The notes below the pieces were generated by a model. That model was not told the DNA's origin. It was given only the letters and a program-made list of their open reading frames with translations, and did not search any database. Shown here in pieces: positions 28,725-35,246 of a DNA stretch of 35,246 bases. The stretch comes from a virus. Taxonomy: Duplodnaviria > Caudoviricetes. Position numbers and translations under genes: made by a program. Numbering within the stretch: the stretch's first letter is position 1; every line of letters starts with the position of its first letter. The stretch is from IMG/VR virus record IMGVR_UViG_3300030207_001559, positions 1 to 35,246 of that record; one strand, given 5' to 3'.

Positions 28725-28898
28725 ATGGGTAGACGAGACGTAACAGACCAAGATGCAATCTTAGAGAAATCATATGAAGATTTATATGAAGAGTTAGGCA
28801 GAGAACCTACAGCTGTAGAGATGCAGAGAAAACAGAGTGGGTTAACAGAAGATTTATGGGAACAATTTAATATGGGTAAAGGAGTAGAAGAACAATGA
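28725..28898 (+). CDS. 57-aa protein with sigma70 region 3-like motif
   Basis: Below cutoff: MGRRDVTDQDAILEKSYEDLYEELGREPTAVEMQRKQSGLTEDLWEQFNMGKGVEEQ; RBS AAGGAG. Confidence 0.6.
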   Translation: MGRRDVTDQDAILEKSYEDLYEELGREPTAVEMQRKQSGLTEDLWEQFNMGKGVEEQ

Positions 28899-29248
28899 CT
28901 GATGAAAAGGTATTAACAGTACATTATCCTGTGCTTAACTCAGACATATTAAACTCAGGTCATGTTATGTGGGAAGAAGATGTTTGGTACTGCGAACCTT
29001 GCGAACAAGAAGTTGTAGGAGAACCTAACATATATGAAGACCAAGAACTTTGTGGGGGCTGTTATGAAGATATTTTGTATGTAAAAGGCATAGCAGTCTA
29101 TTGCGATATACATGAAGCGTGGATTGTTAGTGATGCATTTGATGCTAATACAGGTGGGTATGTGTGTGACGATTGTTATGAACACCTAACTGCTAGATGG
29201 ACAACCAAAGATGTAGAGTTGTTTCAGCAACGAGGACATGATGTTTAA
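28895..29248 (+). CDS. Acidic multi-CxxC zinc-finger protein
   Basis: CEPC, CGGC, CDIH and CDDC motifs. Confidence 0.7.
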   Translation: MTDEKVLTVHYPVLNSDILNSGHVMWEEDVWYCEPCEQEVVGEPNIYEDQELCGGCYEDILYVKGIAVYCDIHEAWIVSDAFDANTGGYVCDDCYEHLTARWTTKDVELFQQRGHDV

Positions 29249-29304
29249 TTTTAATTGGCTTAACTTAGTAGAGATAAAAGAAATAGTAATAACAAGGAGT
29301 AAAA

Positions 29305-29478
29305 ATGGGCAAGATAAAAAATGTATTTATAGACCGAGAAGGAATATGGGTAGAAAGCGACCTACTAGATGAACACTTCTTTGACCAAGAACCTGACTAT
29401 GTTACAGAACAAGAGTACGAAGAGTGGAAAGAACATATAAATACTATGGAAAACGACCCTGATTTATTGAAAGAATAA
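29305..29478 (+). CDS. 57-aa acidic hypothetical protein
   Basis: Below cutoff: MGKIKNVFIDREGIWVESDLLDEHFFDQEPDYVTEQEYEEW...; RBS AAGGAG. Confidence 0.65.
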   Translation: MGKIKNVFIDREGIWVESDLLDEHFFDQEPDYVTEQEYEEWKEHINTMENDPDLLKE

Positions 29479-29486
29479 TAAAACAC

Positions 29487-29514
29487 TTGACTAAAGTTGA
29501 GGTTGTTGTAGAAT
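29487..29514 (+). promoter_or_regulatory. sigma70-type promoter for the replication/recombination module
   Basis: TTGACT, 16-nt spacer, TAGAAT. Confidence 0.6.
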
Positions 29515-29521
29515 CAAAACT

Positions 29522-29598
29522 CTAGTAACTAGTAACTAACAACTTATTTCTTATATTAAATTAAAAAAATAGTAACTAGTTACTAGTAACAGTAACAA
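29522..29598. repeat. GTAAC iteron cluster flanking an AT-rich core
   Basis: CTAGTAACTAGTAACTAAC, ~30 bp of A/T-rich sequence, then TAGTAACTAGTTACTAGTAACAGTAACAA. Confidence 0.7.
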
Positions 29599-29613
29599 AC
29601 AAAAGGAGAAGAA

Positions 29614-29823
29614 ATGGATTTTGAAAGATTAGAGATTAAGTGTAGTAAGTGTGACCACACTACTGAGTTGATGGGATTAGTAGAATCAGCCCATAAACTT
29701 AAGGTACACCCTGAATCATTAAGGAGATTTGTCAGGTATGGTCAGGTTAATTCTATGGCTATAGAGCGTGGCAGATACTTTACTGAAGCAGATTTAGAAG
29801 CATATATAAATGAAGGAGAATAA
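29614..29823 (+). CDS. Excisionase/MerR-like HTH DNA-binding protein with N-terminal CxxC
   Basis: 'LVESAHKLKVHPESLRRFVRYGQV...GRYFTEADLEAYI' (HTH_17-like). Confidence 0.75.
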   Translation: MDFERLEIKCSKCDHTTELMGLVESAHKLKVHPESLRRFVRYGQVNSMAIERGRYFTEADLEAYINEGE

Positions 29824-30417
29824 ATGACATTACAATCAGATACCCCAAGAACCGAACTTATAGAAGTAATTAGCGTACAGCCTGCTATGTCGAGAGATGG
29901 AATGACACCACAATATATAGTGGGATATACATGGCAATACAGCCAATACCCGTCTAACTTTTACATTACTCAATCAGAAGCACCTGATGTAATTGCTAAC
30001 TTTACTGGTAAGTTTGAAGCAGTTGTAAAGGTAAGGCAACAGTGGTTAAAGAAGAACAAAGATGGTAGCTACAAGACAGGAGACAAGATGTATGACTATC
30101 AGTGGGAAGTATTGGCATGGGAAAGTTCAGATACGCCTGTATCAGCCCCACCTGTTGCTGAACCCTCACCTACTATAGAGCAATCTTTAGGTGTAGCCCC
30201 TGCACCACAGGCTCGACCAACTGATGAGAACCAAATGAGAATCATGAGACAGTCAGCACTTAAATGTGCATCATGGTTATCTGTTCCAACTGTAGAAAGT
30301 ATGGGAATAGAAACATCAGCTAATAAAAGCATAGAGATTGCTGAAAAGTTTATGGAGTACTTTATAACTGGGCAAGTGCCTAGTGAGTTAGATGAATTAT
30401 TAGAGGAGATAGAATAA
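29824..30417 (+). CDS. Putative ssDNA-binding / recombination-associated protein
   Basis: Beta-rich N-terminus, Pro-rich linker, 'IMRQSALKCA' helix, acidic tail; first gene after the HTH gene in the replication module. Confidence 0.4.
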   Translation: MTLQSDTPRTELIEVISVQPAMSRDGMTPQYIVGYTWQYSQYPSNFYITQSEAPDVIANFTGKFEAVVKVRQQWLKKNKDGSYKTGDKMYDYQWEVLAWESSDTPVSAPPVAEPSPTIEQSLGVAPAPQARPTDENQMRIMRQSALKCASWLSVPTVESMGIETSANKSIEIAEKFMEYFITGQVPSELDELLEEIE

Positions 30418-30635
30418 TGAAGATTACTCTTGAGTTAAATACAGAGCAGTACATAAGTTTAATGAGTTTAACTAGTCCAATAAAAGGAGACACAGGTAAG
30501 TATTTATCTAAACCAATAACTTCTAAAACTGCTCCAATAATAGAAGAAATTAACAAACAACTTTTAAATCAATACAACAAACATGTAGAAGAAATAAATA
30601 AGGAGATAGAGGAGAATGAAACTGCGAACACGTGA
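30417..30635 (+). CDS. Hypothetical protein
   Basis: 72 aa, TAATG-coupled. Confidence 0.65.
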   Translation: MKITLELNTEQYISLMSLTSPIKGDTGKYLSKPITSKTAPIIEEINKQLLNQYNKHVEEINKEIEENETANT

Positions 30636-30936
30636 TGGAAGAGTTGTCGGAGATTTAGACGGCAACGTAGCAATCATTAAAAAGAGTGAAAAGAAACACA
30701 AACTAATGAGACCTGAAGCGTGGTGCTTTGATATTGAACTAATAAATAGCATTGTTGAAAACGGTGCTACTACTATTAGAGTAGAAACTACAGATACTGG
30801 GAAGAAATTCCTGGTGTCTGTGGAGTTCTTTGTTGACAAAGCATTTAAACTAGATAGAGGGTACAACAAACAATTAGGATTACCAATAGTGTACTGGGAT
30901 ACAGGAGAGCCTGCAGAACAGTTAAGTCTATTATAG
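30616..30936 (+). CDS. Hypothetical protein
   Basis: 106 aa, RBS GAGGAG; ends in QLSLL, a beta-clamp-binding-like motif. Confidence 0.7.
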   Translation: MKLRTRDGRVVGDLDGNVAIIKKSEKKHKLMRPEAWCFDIELINSIVENGATTIRVETTDTGKKFLVSVEFFVDKAFKLDRGYNKQLGLPIVYWDTGEPAEQLSLL

Positions 30937-30943
30937 TTAAACC

Positions 30944-31231
30944 TAGCTACAAGGGTTTGAGTAAACCATCAGTCGAAGCAACAAGTTCTTCACGCAAACG
31001 CTAAAGGTTTTTTCTGAATTATTTTCCTTGTTTGCGAATAGTCAACATTGTGTAACATCTAGATTTGAATTAACTTTCATTTGTTACGACTTAAAAGCAG
31101 CAGAGTTGCGGCACTGAAACTTACTAACTTTAGCGGGTTGGAGTAAGTTTAGAAACAGTGTACTGACTGCATCCTTTCAGAGCCCGATACTCTTACGATT
31201 TTGTTGGTTATAAATACAGTAAGTGTAGCTA
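30944..31231 (+). ncRNA. Large (~290 nt) multi-helix structured RNA candidate
   Basis: Ends pair (TAGCTACA/TGTAGCTA) and enclose many helices; fills an ORF-free gap in an otherwise packed operon. Strand inferred from context. Confidence 0.65.
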
Positions 31232-31238
31232 TAAAAAT

Positions 31239-31266
31239 TGACCTGAGTATGTCATTAAACTACTCA
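31239..31266 (+). ncRNA. Intergenic H-type pseudoknot motif, copy 4
   Basis: TGAC-C-TGAGTA-T-GTCA-TTAAAC-TACTCA. Confidence 0.7.
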
Positions 31267-31285
31267 CTAATTAAAAGGAGAATAA

Positions 31286-31549
31286 ATGAATACTAAATGG
31301 GACAGGAAAGATAAGTGGGCAACTAGCCTAACTCCTGCACAGAAATATGAAAACCAATCAAGGCAAACAGTTATCCTTACAAACTTTACTGAAAACCATA
31401 CTCGTATGCAGTCAAAGATTGTAGAGTTTATGATAAGCAACTTTCCTGAAGTTAAAGTTATAGTTGAAGAAAAGTATGGCAAGAAAAATAAAGTATTTAC
31501 TTATGATAAAGCAGGAAATAAAAAGGAGATGAAGGATGAGCAAAACTGA
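31286..31549 (+). CDS. Hypothetical protein
   Basis: 87 aa, RBS AAGGAG. Confidence 0.7.
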   Translation: MNTKWDRKDKWATSLTPAQKYENQSRQTVILTNFTENHTRMQSKIVEFMISNFPEVKVIVEEKYGKKNKVFTYDKAGNKKEMKDEQN

Positions 31550-31736
31550 AGAAGAAAAAATATTAGAATTAAATCAATTTATCCATGAAGTAGGACTTGA
31601 AAAATATTGTGGGTATCTTAGAGCCACAGATATTGTTTTCGGTGTAAACAAAAGAAAGTTACCTCGCTATATAGATAAGTCTCTAGAGAACTACAAAACC
31701 TACTGTAGAGAATTAAACATCCCTGAAACTCAATAA
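31536..31736 (+). CDS. Hypothetical protein
   Basis: 66 aa. Confidence 0.65.
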   Translation: MSKTEEEKILELNQFIHEVGLEKYCGYLRATDIVFGVNKRKLPRYIDKSLENYKTYCRELNIPETQ

Positions 31737-31755
31737 CAAGATAAAGGAGTAAAAA

Positions 31756-32037
31756 ATGAACTGTGATGATTTAACTTGCAAACAATTACAATCGTGCAAG
31801 TGGGGAGATACAAGGGTGGCTACTGTGTGGTGTGGTGATATGTATGCACGAGAACGAGAAACTAGCATAAGAAGACAAGAAGAGTTAATGGAAATAGAAA
31901 ACCTTAAGAAACGAGTTATGGAACTGAGGGGAGAACTAGCTGTATATTATGCTGAGTCTAGTGCTGTAAAATCAGTTTCAGTACCTACAACAACAAAACA
32001 AATGTCACCAAAAGAAAGGAGAAATTTATATAGATGA
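31756..32037 (+). CDS. Hypothetical protein (Cys-rich N-terminus, coiled coil)
   Basis: 93 aa, RBS AAGGAG. Confidence 0.65.
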   Translation: MNCDDLTCKQLQSCKWGDTRVATVWCGDMYARERETSIRRQEELMEIENLKKRVMELRGELAVYYAESSAVKSVSVPTTTKQMSPKERRNLYR

Positions 32038-33380
32038 GAGTAGAACAAACAGGAACAATAATAGATGTTTATGATGACGCTAATAAAGTTCACATAAAAG
32101 CAAGACGTATACGAGGAGTAAACATCAAAGGTGAGTTGGACATTTACTATCAATTAGATTTCAACGATAAGATAAGCCAACCAAAGCCACACAAAACTGA
32201 ATTGTCTTTTCTAAATGATGGGGCTAGAAAAAGATTAGCCGAAATACTAGATGACAAGACAGGTGGAGATAGACCTTGGGGTTCTATTATTGATGAAGCG
32301 TGTATTGCAATAGTAGAAAAACATAGGGCAGGCAATGATGAAATAGTAATGACCAAAGTAGACGGTCATTCATTCAGGTCATATCAACTAAAACCTTTTC
32401 TAAGAGAGGGAGTGCCTAACTTAATGTGGGCAAGTGGTGGTTCAGGTAAGAGTTACTTTGCAACACTAACTGCAATATTAGTAAGTAGAGGTATGGGTGC
32501 ATTAGGAATGACTCCTCGTAAAACTAATGTGTTGTACTTAGACTGGGAAGAGGAAGAGGACATTATGAAGAGTCGCATATACTCTTTGCAGAAAGGATTA
32601 GGCATAGAGAATCCTGAAGATGCTGAAGGGATAGTGTGGGAGAAAATGGTGGGTCCATTAGAAGATAGTATAGAAAAGTTATCTTCTGTAGTTTCTGAAC
32701 ATGACATTGGATACATAATTGTTGACAGTCTTAATCCTGCATTAGGTGGGAGAAGTATAGATTCAGAATCAGTAGAGAGTTTCTTCTTTGCATTGCGTTC
32801 TTTGAATGTAACTTCTTTGCTCATAGACCACGCTAACAAGGCAGGAGAGAGGAGTGGCAAGTTCGAGATATATGGAAGTGCCTTTAAATATGCTAGAGCC
32901 CGTAACGTCTACGAAATAAGTAAAGTACAAAACAACGAGTCAGATAAAGTTGAGGTTGTGTTCTATCACCGTAAGGCTAATGACAGTAAGTTCCAATCAT
33001 TAAAAGGATTTACTATTACTTTCGTAGAAGAAGATGTTTGGAATGCTGCTGAGGGGGAGTACGAAACTATGGTTGATAAAGTTATATTTGAGCAGACTGC
33101 TTTACCTGATATGGATGGGAAGCTACTGCAGAAGGTAGGGGTACTTCAACTAGCAGAAGAAATAGTGAGGGCTGTTGAGCCTGACCCTACTAACGGTACA
33201 AAAGAGATACATATAGAAGAACTAAAAACTAGAGTGTCTACATTAAAAGAAGAAGAGGTGTCAGCACCTGCACTGAAGAACATGATAGGTAACTCATCTG
33301 TTCTGTTGACAGACGGTGATATGGTATTATTGAAGGCAACAGCAATGCGACCAATGGAGGATATAGATGTCGAGTTCTAA
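32034..33380 (+). CDS. RecA-fold (AAA_25 / RepA-like) replicative helicase
   Basis: Walker A 'ASGGSGKS', 'VLYLDWEE', Walker B 'IIVDSL', 'LLIDHANK', 'YGSAF'. Confidence 0.85.
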   Translation: MRVEQTGTIIDVYDDANKVHIKARRIRGVNIKGELDIYYQLDFNDKISQPKPHKTELSFLNDGARKRLAEILDDKTGGDRPWGSIIDEACIAIVEKHRAGNDEIVMTKVDGHSFRSYQLKPFLREGVPNLMWASGGSGKSYFATLTAILVSRGMGALGMTPRKTNVLYLDWEEEEDIMKSRIYSLQKGLGIENPEDAEGIVWEKMVGPLEDSIEKLSSVVSEHDIGYIIVDSLNPALGGRSIDSESVESFFFALRSLNVTSLLIDHANKAGERSGKFEIYGSAFKYARARNVYEISKVQNNESDKVEVVFYHRKANDSKFQSLKGFTITFVEEDVWNAAEGEYETMVDKVIFEQTALPDMDGKLLQKVGVLQLAEEIVRAVEPDPTNGTKEIHIEELKTRVSTLKEEEVSAPALKNMIGNSSVLLTDGDMVLLKATAMRPMEDIDVEF

Positions 33381-33822
33381 CATAGCTGAATTACTGGAAC
33401 GTGCTAAACAAGTAGGGTTTAACATTCAGGTTGATGGGGAGAAGTTGCGTGTACGTGGTCCGAAAGGACATGAAGATATAGTTAATGAGATAAAACTTAA
33501 TAGAGAAGAAATCTTGGTAGCTATGGAAAATAGCAAACCTGACTTAACAGATAAGATAGAGGAACTAAAAGACCGACTGCGTAAAGGCATGGATTGGTTT
33601 AGTGCAGTTGACCCTATCTACTGGAGTGATGAAGGTTTCTCTGACAAGAAAGTTAAGAATGGTAAAACATTAGAAGAAATAATGCAGATGCAATTACAGA
33701 AGTGGGATGACCTAGAAAAGATATTACGCAATTTATATGACTATGAAGGCTGTATCTTTGATGACGGTAGTTGTCCTGACAATATAGTTGTTAGATGTAT
33801 GAAGTGTGCAGATTGTTTATAG
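33367..33822 (+). CDS. Protein with TubC_N-like N-terminal domain and C-terminal Cys cluster
   Basis: 'IAELLERAKQVGFNIQVDGEKLRVRGPK...IKLNREEILVAM'; such domains often lie next to phage replication genes. Confidence 0.55.
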   Translation: MSSSNIAELLERAKQVGFNIQVDGEKLRVRGPKGHEDIVNEIKLNREEILVAMENSKPDLTDKIEELKDRLRKGMDWFSAVDPIYWSDEGFSDKKVKNGKTLEEIMQMQLQKWDDLEKILRNLYDYEGCIFDDGSCPDNIVVRCMKCADCL

Positions 33823-34280
33823 AACTGCCACACCTACCACCACGTGAAGCTAATCCGAATGCAAATTCGCATTACTTCACTAGGTCAAAGGTACGTAGAG
33901 AGCAACGAGAAGAGATGATTGCCTATGTACTGGAACAAGGTAAACCCAAAACTCCCTTTGATAAAGCACACATAACTATAACTTGGTATGCAAAAGATAA
34001 ACGCAAACGTGATGTAGATAATTTATTGTCTGCTATGAAAGGGAGCATTGATGGGCTGGTAGAAGCTGGAGTCCTTGTAGATGACTCTGCTCAACACTTG
34101 TCCTATAGTTTGTACTATCAATCAGGTAATGATGTTACTGAAAACAAAACTACAATATCAGTAGTAGAAATAACTGAAGAAGATAGCTTCCCTCAAGGTT
34201 GGGGAATAGATTTAGAAACTTCATATTGGGATAAAGCCGTTAAAGAAATACCGTGGGAAATAAAAGATGTACGAATATAA
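33795..34280 (+). CDS. rusA: RusA-like Holliday junction resolvase
   Basis: 'RKRDVDNLLSAMKGSIDGLVEAGVLVDDS' matches the RusA DxDN...K...D...DD motif. Confidence 0.85.
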   Translation: MYEVCRLFIELPHLPPREANPNANSHYFTRSKVRREQREEMIAYVLEQGKPKTPFDKAHITITWYAKDKRKRDVDNLLSAMKGSIDGLVEAGVLVDDSAQHLSYSLYYQSGNDVTENKTTISVVEITEEDSFPQGWGIDLETSYWDKAVKEIPWEIKDVRI

Positions 34281-34716
34281 AGTAAAAATTACTAGAGTTG
34301 TTGATGGAGATACTGTTGATGCTAATGTTGATTTAGGCTTTGACATATTTGTTAAAGACCGTATAAGACTTATGGGCATAGACACCCCTGAGAGCAGAAC
34401 ACGGAACAAGCCCGAGAAGATACTAGGGCTTGCTTCTAAAAAACGCTTAAAAGAGCTCTGTGCTATCCATAAAGGCAAAGTTATATTAAAGACATCTAAA
34501 GAAGGTAAAGGAAAGTTTGGCAGAATACTTGGCTCACTTTATGCTGAAGGTTCAGAAGTTTCTTTTAATGACATTTTAATTGCAGAAGGACACGCTAGAC
34601 CTTACTTTGGTGGTAGCAAGTCTGAGCAAGGAGAATGGACTACAGAATCAGACGGCAAATTAATGAGATGGACTGCATCAGGGTATGTAGAATTTAATAA
34701 ATCGGAGTATGTGTAA
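34267..34716 (+). CDS. Staphylococcal nuclease (thermonuclease)-like protein
   Basis: 'RVVDGDTV..VDLGF...RIRLMGIDTPE...KGKFGRILG...NDILIAEGHA'. Confidence 0.9.
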   Translation: MYEYKVKITRVVDGDTVDANVDLGFDIFVKDRIRLMGIDTPESRTRNKPEKILGLASKKRLKELCAIHKGKVILKTSKEGKGKFGRILGSLYAEGSEVSFNDILIAEGHARPYFGGSKSEQGEWTTESDGKLMRWTASGYVEFNKSEYV

Positions 34717-34895
34717 TGAAATTTGGAACAATAAGACCTCAGATATTTTTAGGAATAATATGTGCGACCATATTTGGTTGCGTTGGATTGTGGGTAGGAG
34801 TTGCAATGGAAGCAGTTGAAGTAATTACTGCTATTGTTGGTGGCTTGTTTGGATTCTTAGGTGGTGTTTGTCTTAAAGTTCTTGAAAACGAGTAA
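34716..34895 (+). CDS. 59-aa two-TM membrane protein (holin-like)
   Basis: Below cutoff: MKFGTIRPQIFLGIICATIFGCVGLWVGVAMEAVEVITAIVGGLFGFLGGVCLKVLENE; TAATG-coupled. Confidence 0.55.
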   Translation: MKFGTIRPQIFLGIICATIFGCVGLWVGVAMEAVEVITAIVGGLFGFLGGVCLKVLENE

Positions 34896-35061
34896 ACTCC
34901 ATTGCTTGCTTACTAGGGAGAGCATTAATAATTCTTTCTTGTAACGTATCTAAAACATTTACAACATGGTCATTAAGATTCGTTTGATAGTTAGCGTTGT
35001 CTACTAAGTAGTCTACCTTTAATTTTTTTATTGTTTCAGCAATTATTAAATGACTTTCCAT
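34873..35061 (-). CDS. Hypothetical protein, end of a converging minus-strand operon
   Basis: 62 aa, TAATG-coupled to the upstream partial ORF; overlaps the plus-strand gene by 23 bp. Confidence 0.55.
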   Translation of the reverse strand: MESHLIIAETIKKLKVDYLVDNANYQTNLNDHVVNVLDTLQERIINALPSKQAMEFTRFQEL

Positions 35062-35246
35062 TATGGATTAGCTACTTCGATTGTTGGTTCAATCATGTTC
35101 AACTCAACATTGTCGACAACAGACCAATTAGCACCTAATACTGTGTTCTTTATTTGGAACTCTTTAGTGGCTAGGTTGTTATCGTCACCTGCTTCATTCT
35201 CAGTAATGTTTAACTGACCAATGTCTAGGTTTTTAAACAAACAAAT
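35061..35246 (-). CDS. C-terminal fragment of a hypothetical protein
   Basis: Open from the window edge: ICLFKNLDIGQLNITENEAG...PTIEVANP-stop. Confidence 0.55.
   Translation of the reverse strand: MCLFKNLDIGQLNITENEAGDDNNLATKEFQIKNTVLGANWSVVDNVELNMIEPTIEVANP

Noticed and set aside
29614-29823. Excisionase implying a prophage
   Set aside because: No integrase, att site or host genes in the window; this HTH type is common as a general phage regulator.
30944-31231. tRNA, tmRNA, RNase P RNA or self-splicing intron
   Set aside because: No T-loop/CCA cloverleaf, no RNase P GAGGAAAGTCC signature, and flanking ORFs are complete with their own stop and SD.
23719-34478. Minus-strand ORFs over the early arm (e.g. 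23719, 27890, 28235, 30099, 30564, 32453, 34221)
   Set aside because: Antisense to SD-bearing plus-strand genes.
22553-34895. Stop-codon reassignment as the reason for many short ORFs
   Set aside because: Nearly every short ORF has its own SD and start; TAA, TAG and TGA all end genes, and long genes are intact in the standard code.

Overview
AT-rich tailed-phage (Caudoviricetes, podovirus-like gene content) genome segment with two divergent arms. Minus strand, 21572 to 1: a tightly coupled late operon of three small basic proteins, TerS, TerL, portal, three internal/ejection proteins (the largest with an LPD38-like region), scaffold, major capsid, decoration protein, adaptor, nozzle-like protein, a Vsr/DUF559-like protein and tail fibres. 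21600-22550 is a mostly non-coding control region rich in short iterated motifs. Plus strand, 22553-34895: about 30 small early genes with near-identical AAGGAGAATAA junctions, an N4/N6 DNA methyltransferase, an HTH protein, a RecA/AAA_25-type helicase, RusA, an SNase-like nuclease and a holin-like protein; these converge on two minus-strand ORFs at the right edge. I saw no integrase, DNA polymerase, tRNA or CRISPR. The most unusual signal is non-coding RNA structure: (i) a ~29-nt H-type pseudoknot repeated four times between genes with compensatory base changes in both stems, (ii) a ~290-nt multi-helix RNA-like element at 30944-31231 directly followed by one of those pseudoknots, and (iii) two further structured leaders at 7176-7238 and 21610-21690. 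All protein calls come from motif recognition and synteny, and all structures were paired by eye; no database search or folding was run.
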